Assembly (NCBI GenBank): GCA_965202985.1
Contig: CBDBCF010000001.1
Span: 2,144,001-2,208,000 of the forward strand
Origin: Longimicrobiales bacterium
GTDB lineage: Bacteria > Gemmatimonadota > Gemmatimonadetes > Longimicrobiales > Gaopeijiaceae
Direction of reading: 5' to 3'
Length of the DNA stretch: 64,000 bases
Each line of letters starts with the position of its first letter. Within the stretch, counting starts at the first letter, position 1. Below the pieces are notes generated by a model. That model saw only the letters and a list, made by a program, of their open reading frames with translations. It was not told the origin of the DNA and did not search any database. The position numbers and the translations under genes are program-made. Shown here one piece after another: positions 18,969-27,225 of this stretch.

Positions 18969-20136
18969 TCCGCGACGACATCAAGCTCGCGTGGTCCGCA
19001 GCCTCGACGAGGTGCCCGCCGTCGTCATCTTGGGACCTCGCCAGATCGGCAAGACCACCCTGGCGCGCGAGATCGCCGCCACGGCTCCCGGAAGCGTCTA
19101 CCTGGACCTGGAGGATCCCGACCAAGCCGCCAGGCTCGCCGACCCGGCACGCTACCTCGCGCAACACGCCGGCACCCTGACGATCCTCGACGAAGTCCAG
19201 CGGATGCCCGGCCTCTTCGACGTCTTGCGGGGCCAGATCGACCTTCGGCGGCGCGAGGGGCGGCGCGCCCGCCACTTCCTCCTGCTCGGCTCGGCCTCCC
19301 GGACGCTCCTGAACCAGTCCGCCGAGTCGCTGGCCGGACGTCTGGTCTACTACGAGCTGCCGGGCTTGGACGCCCAGGAGGTCGGCGACGACAGCGACCG
19401 GGACAGGCTCTGGCTCCGCGGCGGATTCCCGGACTCGTTCACCGCCCGCAGCGACGCGGCTTCGGCACGTTGGAGGCTGGCGTTCATCCGAACGTACTTG
19501 GAGCGCGAAGTTCCTCACTTCGGGGTGCGCGTTCCGGCCGCCACGTTGCGGCGCTTCTGGACGATGCTGGCGCACCGGCAAGGCGGGCTACTGAACGCCT
19601 CGGCCTTGGCGCAGAGCCTGGGCGTGTCGGCCCCGACGGCGTCCCGCTACGTGGACCTGCTGGTCGACCTGCTGCTCGTGCGCCGACTTCAGCCCTACTT
19701 CGCCAACGTGGGGAAGCGTCTTGTGAAGGCGCCCAAGGTCTATGTCCGCGACACCGGCATTCTCCACGCGCTCCTCGGCTTGCGCGCCTACGACGACCTC
19801 TTGTCCCATCCCGTCGCCGGCCCCAGCTGGGAGGGCTTCGTGATCGAGAACCTGCTGGCGGTTGCGCCCTTTGGCACCGACGCCTGGTTCTATCGCACTC
19901 GCGCCGGTGCGGAAATCGACCTGTTGCTGTTGCTGCCCGACCAGAGGCTGTGGGCGGTCGAAGTCAAGCGGGGAGCGGTGCGGAAGACCAGCAAGGGCTT
20001 CGAGCTTGCCGCGAACGACCTCAACGTGGCCGAGCGGTTCGTGGTCCATTCCGGTGACGCAGCGTACCCGCTCTCCGAGCACACGACGGCGATGCCGCTC
20101 GATGCGCTGATGGCACGTCTGGCCAAGACGGAGTAG
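18964..20136 (+). CDS. AAA_14 ATPase with C-terminal DUF4143
   Basis: GPRQIGKTT, ILDEVQR, LLLGSAS, ESLAGR, RGGFP, KAPKVYVRDTG, EIDL...AVEVK. Confidence 0.92.
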   Translation: MIPRRHQARVVRSLDEVPAVVILGPRQIGKTTLAREIAATAPGSVYLDLEDPDQAARLADPARYLAQHAGTLTILDEVQRMPGLFDVLRGQIDLRRREGRRARHFLLLGSASRTLLNQSAESLAGRLVYYELPGLDAQEVGDDSDRDRLWLRGGFPDSFTARSDAASARWRLAFIRTYLEREVPHFGVRVPAATLRRFWTMLAHRQGGLLNASALAQSLGVSAPTASRYVDLLVDLLLVRRLQPYFANVGKRLVKAPKVYVRDTGILHALLGLRAYDDLLSHPVAGPSWEGFVIENLLAVAPFGTDAWFYRTRAGAEIDLLLLLPDQRLWAVEVKRGAVRKTSKGFELAANDLNVAERFVVHSGDAAYPLSEHTTAMPLDALMARLAKTE

Positions 20137-20146
20137 GCGTCGCCCC

Positions 20147-20470
20147 CTACGACTCCTTCCGCAGCTCCACGGCCGTCCCGTAGCAGAGCATCTCGGCGGC
20201 GCCGCGGCTGACTTCGGCGGACTGGAAGCGGACGGCCAGGATGCCGTTGGCGCCCAGGGCTTCGGCTTCGGCGACCATGCGGTCGACGGCCTGTTCGCGG
20301 GCTTCGGCCAGCAGCTTGGTGTACTCGTAGAGCTCGCCGCCGGCCAAGTTGCGAAGGCTGGCCACCACGTCGCGGCCCAAGTGACGGGCGCGGATCGAGC
20401 TGCCGCGGACCATGCCGAAGGTGCGGACGACGCGGTGCCCGGCGACGCGCTCGGTGGTCGCGACGATCAT
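20147..20470 (-). CDS. YbjQ/UPF0145 family protein
   Basis: MIVATTE...GMVRGS...RNLAGGELYEYTKLLAEAR...GANGIL...YGTAV. Confidence 0.9.
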   Translation of the reverse strand: MIVATTERVAGHRVVRTFGMVRGSSIRARHLGRDVVASLRNLAGGELYEYTKLLAEAREQAVDRMVAEAEALGANGILAVRFQSAEVSRGAAEMLCYGTAVELRKES

Positions 20471-20880
20471 CGGTGGACATGGCGGTAGGGGTCGGAGCGG
20501 TACTCCCGGCAACGGTCCCAGATGACGTGGGCCAGAAGGACCAGGATGCCGATCACCACGCCGCCGCTGGCGATCCGCACGACCGTGCTGGCGGGCGACG
20601 TGAAGAACACCCACAGCCCGTACCCCACCCACGCCACGAGCCCGGAGCCGCCCAGAAGCCAACCGACAGGCACGGTGATCCGCGCCCGGATCCGGTCCCA
20701 TGACGAATCGACGGCCTGCGGGGCGAAGGACAGGTCGCGGAGGCCTTGCTTCATGGCCTTGTACACGGCGAACTCGCGACGGAGCTCGCTCGACGACTCC
20801 AGACGGTGCTCCACCTGCACCCTCTCCTCGGGAGCGGCCTCGCCGTCCAGAAAGCGCATCAGTTCTTCGTGGCTGGTCAT
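20467..20880 (-). CDS. Putative membrane anti-sigma factor
   Basis: EELMRFLDGE...VEHRL (degenerate zf-HC2-like) plus two transmembrane segments; coupled to the ECF sigma gene. Confidence 0.75.
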   Translation of the reverse strand: MTSHEELMRFLDGEAAPEERVQVEHRLESSSELRREFAVYKAMKQGLRDLSFAPQAVDSSWDRIRARITVPVGWLLGGSGLVAWVGYGLWVFFTSPASTVVRIASGGVVIGILVLLAHVIWDRCREYRSDPYRHVHR

Positions 20881-21443
20881 TCCTCTTCTCCAGGGTCTGC
20901 TCCCAGTGCTTCCGCCAGGGCGCGTCTGGCGTGGTAGAGACGGCTGGCCACCGTCCCCTCGGGGATGTTCAGTATTCCGGCGATCTCGCCGTAGCGGAAG
21001 CCCTGGAGCTCCTTCAGCACGATGATCTCGCGATGGTCCTCGGCGATCTCCTCCAGCGCCTTCCACAGACGTTCCTTGGCCAAGCGGCGCTCCAACCCGC
21101 GCTCCGGGCCTTCCTCGGGGTCGGCGGGGCGGAGGTCCAGGTGCTCGTCCACGGTCTCGCGGTTGAAGCGGCTCTTCCGGCCGCGCAGCGCGTCGCGGCA
21201 CTTGTTGCGCAGGATCTTGAAGAACCACGGCTCGAAGTTGCGGGTCAGGTCGAAGCCGTCCAGCGACTGCCACGTCTTGACGAAGGCGTCCTGCACCGCG
21301 TCCTGGGCGTCCTCGCGGTTCCCCATCAGGCCCAGCGCGATCCGCATCGCCGGCTTCTCGTAGGCGCGGACGATCGGCTCGAAGAAGCGGGCGTCTCCGT
21401 TCCGACACTTTCGCAACAGCTCTCGTTCGACCTCGGGCGGCAA
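20877..21443 (-). CDS. ECF (RpoE-like) RNA polymerase sigma factor
   Basis: DAQDAVQDAFVK, FEPWFFKILRNKCRD, EIAGILNIPEGTVASRLYHAR. TTG start inferred after GGAGAG. Confidence 0.9.
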   Translation of the reverse strand: MPPEVERELLRKCRNGDARFFEPIVRAYEKPAMRIALGLMGNREDAQDAVQDAFVKTWQSLDGFDLTRNFEPWFFKILRNKCRDALRGRKSRFNRETVDEHLDLRPADPEEGPERGLERRLAKERLWKALEEIAEDHREIIVLKELQGFRYGEIAGILNIPEGTVASRLYHARRALAEALGADPGEEE

Positions 21444-21740
21444 TCTCTCTCCATGGGTGCGGGTCGCGTGGCGGGCGAGCCCTCGGCTGGCGTGCGGGCG
21501 AGCCCCTTCTGGCGCGTGGGCCGGTCCTCTCGGTGGCCCACGGCTGATACGGCGGCGGTCGGCATTCCCTTCAAGCCGCCGGGGCTGCGCCATAGCTGAA
21601 CGGGACGCGCCGTACTGGCGGCAAGCGGCTTCGCTCCGCACTTTCTCGGAAGAACACATTGACGCTGACCGGGAGCCCTGGCAAGCCGCCGGGCAGCTCC
21701 CGAAGCTCTCACTCACGACGAACACGGACGAACAAAGCTC

Positions 21741-23450
21741 ATGGAACCTGCCTGTACCCGGCCCCCCAACGCCCCGGCCTCGACCGCCTCGGCCCTCGCC
21801 CTGGCCTGCGTGGCCGCCCTCGCCGCTCCCGCAACCCTCGCCGTCGCCCAGGACCAGACGGCAAACGGCAAGCCGTCCCAGGACCCGCAACCCGACGCCG
21901 AGCACGCCGTCCACCAGGCCGAGTACCCGGCCGGCTTCGACGAAGAGGCCGCGTACTACGACGAGGCCTTGGGGCCGCTGACCCGCCCCGTGACCACGAG
22001 CGTTCCTCGCGCCCAGCAGTTCTTCGACCAGGGGCTCCAGCAGATGTACGCCTTCACGCCCCTGCGCGCCGCCCGGTCGTTCCGCCAAGCCCAACGGGAA
22101 GACCCGGGCTGCGCAATGTGCTTCTGGGGCGAGGCGTGGGCGTGGGGTCCGTACCTGAACGGCCCCATGGGACCCGACGACGCGCCCCGGGCCTACGAGA
22201 ACATCCGGATGGCGAAGAAGCTCGCCGACGAGGGCGGGGCCAGCGACGTGGAGGCGGCCCTGATCGAGGCGATGGCCGTCCGCTACGTGGAGGAGCAGGG
22301 CGACGACGGGCGCAAGTCCCTGGACTCGGCGTACGCGCGCGCCATGGCGAAGGTGTGGGAGCGCTTCCCGGACGACCTGGAAGTGGGCACGCTCTACGGC
22401 GAGTCGCTGATGCTGCTGGAGCCCCGCCGAGGCCGCTGGGACAAGGACAAGCCCGCCGTCAAGAAGATTCACGCGATCCTGGAACACGTCCTGGAGCGGA
22501 GCATCGTGCACCCCGGCGCGTGCCACCTGTACGTCCACGCCACCGAGCCCACCGTCGAGCCCGGCAAGGCGGAAGCGTGCGCCGACCACCTGGGCGCGTC
22601 GATCCCCGGCGCCAGCCACATCCAGCACATGCCGTCCCACACCTACAACCGCGTCGGGCGCTGGGGCGACGCCGTCGAGGCCAACACCGCCGCGTGGCAC
22701 ACCGACCTGCGGGCCGGTGTGGACCGGGCGTGGGCGATCTATCCGTCGCACAACCTCCACATGCTGCTCTTCGCGGCGTCGATGGACGGGCAAGGCGCCG
22801 TCGCCGTCCAAGCCGCCAAGGACTACGGCAAGATCGTGCCCGGCGGCGCGTTCTACGAGGCGATGACGCTGCTGCGCTTCGGCCGCTTCGACGAAATCCT
22901 GGAGATGGACGATCCGCCGGAGGACGGCATCCAGCGCGGCTTCTGGGACTTCAGCCGCGGCTACGCCTACCTGCGGAGCGGCGATCCCGGGCGCGCGTCC
23001 GTGTACCTGGAGCGCGTGCAGATGGGGGCCGAGGAGACTCCCGACGGCGAGACCTTCCGAGGGCACTCGGCGGCCGACCTGCTGGGCGTCGTGGCCGGCA
23101 TCCTCGAAGGCGAACTCCTGCGCCACGAGGGCAAGACCGACGAGGCGGCGGCGGTGCTGGAAGCGGCGATCGAGACCGAGGACGGCCTGCGCTACGACGA
23201 GCCCGAGCCCCTCAACTTCTCCGCCCGCCATTGGCTGGGGAACCTGCTGCTGGAGGCCGAGCGCTGGGCCGAGGCGGAGGCCGTGTTCGAGGCCGCGCTG
23301 GAGGACCACCCCAACAATGGCTGGTCGCTGTTCGGGCTGGAGGCGGCGTTGCGGGCGCAGGGGAAAGGCGACGCGGCGGACGGGGCGAAGGCGCGGTTTG
23401 AGGAGGCGTGGGCTAGGTCGGATACGTGGATTTGGGCGCCGGTGTTCTGA
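21741..23450 (+). CDS. Exported tetratricopeptide-repeat protein
   Basis: Signal-like N-terminus; AQQFFDQGL, HPGACHLYVH, HIQHMPSH, PNNGWSLFGL motifs. Confidence 0.8.
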   Translation: MEPACTRPPNAPASTASALALACVAALAAPATLAVAQDQTANGKPSQDPQPDAEHAVHQAEYPAGFDEEAAYYDEALGPLTRPVTTSVPRAQQFFDQGLQQMYAFTPLRAARSFRQAQREDPGCAMCFWGEAWAWGPYLNGPMGPDDAPRAYENIRMAKKLADEGGASDVEAALIEAMAVRYVEEQGDDGRKSLDSAYARAMAKVWERFPDDLEVGTLYGESLMLLEPRRGRWDKDKPAVKKIHAILEHVLERSIVHPGACHLYVHATEPTVEPGKAEACADHLGASIPGASHIQHMPSHTYNRVGRWGDAVEANTAAWHTDLRAGVDRAWAIYPSHNLHMLLFAASMDGQGAVAVQAAKDYGKIVPGGAFYEAMTLLRFGRFDEILEMDDPPEDGIQRGFWDFSRGYAYLRSGDPGRASVYLERVQMGAEETPDGETFRGHSAADLLGVVAGILEGELLRHEGKTDEAAAVLEAAIETEDGLRYDEPEPLNFSARHWLGNLLLEAERWAEAEAVFEAALEDHPNNGWSLFGLEAALRAQGKGDAADGAKARFEEAWARSDTWIWAPVF

Positions 23451-23510
23451 TTGGACGTGACGGATCGAGAGGTCATTGTGCAAGCACATGCATCGGGGAG
23501 CCGACGAACC

Positions 23511-24794
23511 ATGCCGATACGTGCGGACAATCCGATTCGGAAATCGCACGAAGACGACCTGGGCTGGGACATCCAAGCAAAGCGGTTTTCCAACGCAATA
23601 CGACAACTGGATGCCAGCGAAGGCCTAGTAGTAGGGGTGTTTGGGACTTGGGGATCGGGGAAAACTTCCTTTATCAATCTGGTCCGCGAACACCTTGAGT
23701 CGTCTGGTGGATACAAAATAATCGACTTCAATCCGTGGATGTTTAGTAAAGCACAAGATCTCGTTCTTGCCATGTGTACCCAGTTGTCGTCCTCGCTGTC
23801 TGACAACAAGAAGGGCTTGGCTAAAAATATACTGAAATACGGCCTGGCCGTTGCCGAAATTGCCGCCGAGACTGTATCACCACGGATCCTGCGCTTTGCC
23901 ACAGCAATACGCAAGAAGACAGAACGAAATTTATCGCAGTTGCGCAGAGCCATATCGACTGAGCTCAAGAAGAAATCGAATGATCCCATGGTAGTAGTTG
24001 TAGATGACTTGGATCGCCTTGAGGCCGACGATGTTCGTCAGGTCATCAAGTGTGTTCGGCTGACGGCAGCATTTCCGAAGGTGATATACATTGTCGCCTG
24101 TGATCGCTGCCGTACCGCGACAGCTCTGAACGATTCGCTAGCTCTAGGTGAGCCTTCTGGTTCATCTTGGGGACACGATTATCTTGACAAGATATTCCAA
24201 GTTGCGTTCAACATTCCGGTTGTTGGTTCCGCCGAACTTGAAAAACAAGCTAAACGTGCGCTCGACGACGTTTGGGACAGGGTGCCCGGAAAGACAAGGA
24301 ATGGAGAGTTGATGGACATGGCCGAAGCCGCAATTCTAATGCCTCTCGTCAAAAATATGAGAGATGTTCGGCGCTTTGCAAACGCTATCTTGGCAACAGC
24401 CCTTGTGATCCCCGATGGAATCCGGAAGGATTACCTGATAGCACTCGAGGCCATACGTGTGTTTCTCCCCGATTCCTACGTTGCACTTTGCGCTGCTGTT
24501 GACGGCCTTACACAAATTCCCATCAATTTGGACGAGAAGGATGTCCTGGGTGGCCAAGTGCGCGCCATCCTCGATAAGGCGGGCAAAGAACGTGAGGTAA
24601 TCGCAGATTTGATTAACATGTTTTTCCCGGAGGGAGCCATCTGTATTTCCGATGACAGCCACTTTGAACAATGCATGCAAGGCGGCGGCTTGCCATTGTC
24701 CATGTTGCCTCGAGAAGATCGGTACGGCCCTTGGCCCGATGACGATGCTGATCGACGACAGATACTTGATCAATATCTGGGCAATGTCCTGTAG
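23511..24794 (+). CDS. KAP-family P-loop NTPase
   Basis: DNPI..EDDLG, GTWGSGKTS, FNPW, VVVDDLDRL, YLDKIFQV, NMRDVRRF; lower GC. Confidence 0.88.
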   Translation: MPIRADNPIRKSHEDDLGWDIQAKRFSNAIRQLDASEGLVVGVFGTWGSGKTSFINLVREHLESSGGYKIIDFNPWMFSKAQDLVLAMCTQLSSSLSDNKKGLAKNILKYGLAVAEIAAETVSPRILRFATAIRKKTERNLSQLRRAISTELKKKSNDPMVVVVDDLDRLEADDVRQVIKCVRLTAAFPKVIYIVACDRCRTATALNDSLALGEPSGSSWGHDYLDKIFQVAFNIPVVGSAELEKQAKRALDDVWDRVPGKTRNGELMDMAEAAILMPLVKNMRDVRRFANAILATALVIPDGIRKDYLIALEAIRVFLPDSYVALCAAVDGLTQIPINLDEKDVLGGQVRAILDKAGKEREVIADLINMFFPEGAICISDDSHFEQCMQGGGLPLSMLPREDRYGPWPDDDADRRQILDQYLGNVL

Positions 24795-24893
24795 CGAGCA
24801 GGCACGCCTCGTTGCAGGCGAAGGCGTCGACGCTCGGGCCGCGCTGGCCGAAAGGCGGGGTCAACCGTCCACCAAATCGGGGCAAGTCCAAGA

Positions 24894-25346
24894 ATGACGT
24901 ATGCGGGTTTCTGGAGGCGAGTTGCGGCGTCGATCATCGACAGTATCATTCTGGGTCTGTTCAACTCGATCGTCATGGCGGTCTGGTCTATACTCGACCC
25001 GATTGGTCTCGAGTTTAGTCAATTCGGCTTCGTTGTGATTCTCAACTGGATCTACTATGCGGATATGGAGTCGTCTCGCCTTCAGGCCACCGTCGGAAAG
25101 ATATGCATCGGGATCAAGGTTACCGATGTCGACGGTGCCCCCATCAGTTTCGGCAGAGCGACCGGTCGATATTTCGGGAGAAGCCTTTCGGTTTTGCTCC
25201 TCTGTGTTGGCGTTATCATGGTCGCGTTCACGGCGAAGAAGCAGGGTCTACACGACAAGATGGCTAGATGTCTTGTCGTGAACAAGTCGCCGCGCTCGAC
25301 TTTGTTTGGAGAATACAGCCCTGGACCGGATCGACCGCCTACGTAA
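24894..25346 (+). CDS. RDD-family membrane protein
   Basis: YAGFWRRVAASIID, QATVGK, KQGLHDKMA. Confidence 0.9.
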   Translation: MTYAGFWRRVAASIIDSIILGLFNSIVMAVWSILDPIGLEFSQFGFVVILNWIYYADMESSRLQATVGKICIGIKVTDVDGAPISFGRATGRYFGRSLSVLLLCVGVIMVAFTAKKQGLHDKMARCLVVNKSPRSTLFGEYSPGPDRPPT

Positions 25347-25364
25347 CCCACAAGAAGACCAACT

Positions 25365-25522
25365 ATGCGATTTGCCGTTGTCATTTCACAGGGACCCGAA
25401 CAGCCGCTACGGGCCTCTGTGCCTGAGCTCCCCGGTTGCTTCTCGGCCGGGACACGCTCGACGACGCCGTCGAGTCCGCTTTGGAGGCCATCGCCTGCCA
25501 CGTCGAGGGCATGCTGATGGGG
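25365..25522 (+). pseudogene. hicB: HicB-family antitoxin remnant
   Basis: MRFAVVI..(H)RDPNSRYG..SVPELPGCFSAG(D)TLDDAVESALEAIACHVEGML, read across several single-base indels; truncated by IS debris. Confidence 0.7.
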
Positions 25523-25620
25523 GCTACGAGGAGTGGCTGCGGGAGCTGGCGCGGTCGTCGGGGATCGAGACGCAGACACGCGAGGAGCTGGCGAAGCTGG
25601 ACCGGAAGCTGTCGAGCGAC
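25523..25620 (+). mobile_element. Internal fragment of a DDE transposase (IS1182/IS5-like)
   Basis: GYEEWLRELARSSGIETQTREELAKLDRK resembles a conserved internal transposase segment (recalled). Confidence 0.5.
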
Positions 25621-25634
25621 AACCAAGATGAGAC

Positions 25635-25960
25635 TGTCGGAGGCGGCGGTGATCTAACGTCGGGGGGTTCCCGGCGCGGGCTTGGCCCTGTCGTTCGGAG
25701 TCGGGCCGGCACGTGAACGATGGCCAGGCGAGGCAGTACATGAGGCACCGGAGGAACGGTCATGCCGTGGAGACGGCGGCCGCGAAGGCGGGGTTCGGCA
25801 GGGTGACGGGGTACAGGCTGGAGGCGGACGCTCGGTTGTCGTCGGCGAAGCGGAGGCGGCGGGGCAGCAGGCGACCGGACTCGTTGGAGCAGGCTGTTCG
25901 AGCACGCAGCGGTGCCGCTGCGCGAGCGGAATCCGGGTTGCGGGTGGTGGCGACGACGCT
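25635..25960 (+). mobile_element. istA: IS21-family left end and degraded istA 5' fragment
   Basis: TGTC-starting end at 25635; GRHVNDGQARQYMRHRRNGHAVETAAAKAGF...YRLEADARL...RRGSRRPD matches IstA N-termini. Confidence 0.65.
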
Positions 25961-26133
25961 GGGCCAAGGGGTTGCGGGAGCCGAGGACCAGACACGGCGC
26001 TACGAGGCGCTGTGCGGGACGACGCCGACGCGACAACCGAAGGCCGGGCTCCGACCATCGGATGTCGACGACCAGGTGGCGTCTTCCGTAGGTCGTCACG
26101 CGATCGAGCGTTCCCACAGCTAGCTTCGTCCGG

Positions 26134-26190
26134 TTGACGTGAATCCTGGGAGTAGGTACGTTCGTAAGGACTTCCGTTACGAACCGTACC
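26134..26190 (+). promoter_or_regulatory. Sigma70-like promoter overlapped by a strong inverted repeat
   Basis: TTGACG-17 bp-TACGTT; inverted repeat GGTACGTTCGTAAGGA...TCCGTTACGAACCGTACC at 26155-26190. Confidence 0.6.
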
Positions 26191-26208
26191 CTGTGGAGGA
26201 GAATCGAG

Positions 26209-26400
26209 ATGGCCCGGGACAGTAAGCCGACGATCACCGAATGGAAGATCCACCACACCACGGCCGGTGGTCACTCGGTGGACCGAAAGCAGTTTGGAGA
26301 CTTCCTTCGGAGCGACCAAGGTCGGTCCATGATCGTCCAGGCCGCTAAGGCCGTGAGAATCAATCCGAAAGGAGAAGATGAAGGTCGGCCGTCCTCCTGA
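26209..26400 (+). CDS. Small hypothetical protein (63 aa)
   Basis: GGAGG RBS and promoter upstream; sits directly before the membrane-protein gene. Confidence 0.6.
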   Translation: MARDSKPTITEWKIHHTTAGGHSVDRKQFGDFLRSDQGRSMIVQAAKAVRINPKGEDEGRPSS

Positions 26401-26444
26401 ACGATACCTGCCTCAATACAACTACTGCTGACAGAGAATGAAAA

Positions 26445-27147
26445 ATGGGATTCGGGTTACTATTTGTGCCGCTCGTAGGCGGCTATCTGTTTCTTAAGTG
26501 CTGCAACTTCACGAAATATTCTGTTTCTCGAGAAAGTGGTTACAAGCTAGTCTTTGAATCTGCCGCAACAGGAATCATCTTGCTCGTTGCCTCTAGAATC
26601 ATCATACGCTTGGCTATGCTATCGCCGATAGCCGAACACGCTGTGGCTTTGGAGTAACGTCACCTCCATACAGTATTCGGGAACACTGATCACTGCTTTT
26701 GTTCTTGGTCCAATTGCCGCAAAGGCGGTCAACCTCCGCTATAACGAGGCGGCGGGAGCACGGCGAGCAGTCGAAAAGACAGATAACTCGATGGAATCCC
26801 TTATATTGGAGTCCATGAAGCCAACCGAGCTGATCGAGGTTACGTTAGAGAGCAACAAGGTATACATTGGGTGGGTATTAGGTGCTCACATTGCAAATCT
26901 GGAACGCAAATATATCGAAGTGTCTCCTCTGCACAGCGGCTATCGCGATAGGGGAACACAAGAGATGAAGCTATTGACGAATTACGCACAAGCTTTTGCT
27001 GATCATCCTGACCAGATCAAGAAAGGCCATGAATACAAGCTTCGAATTGTGATTCCGGTGTCCCAGATTCGGACAGTCCGACCCTTCGACATCGAATACT
27101 ACTCTTTGTTTATTGGTGCGCAGACCACGAACGCGGCAGACAAGTAG
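26445..27147 (+). pseudogene. Membrane protein (possibly DUF6338-like) split by a frameshift near 26648-26651
   Basis: Hydrophobic N-terminal ORF 26445..26657; a shifted frame reads WSNVTSIQYSGTLITAFVLGP... continuously into 26791..27147 (EVTLESNKVYIGW, PLHSGYRD). Confidence 0.65.
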
Positions 27148-27225
27148 GTTTTGTGCGCCAAGTTTCCTGTGCCATAACCTTTCTACGGTGTCGAGCACCG
27201 CCAACGACCCCAATAGACTTCACAG

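Noticed and set aside
20877..23606. 909-aa 'giant sigma factor' ORF
   Set aside because: Only the last 188 aa are sigma-like; the rest is antisense to the TPR gene.
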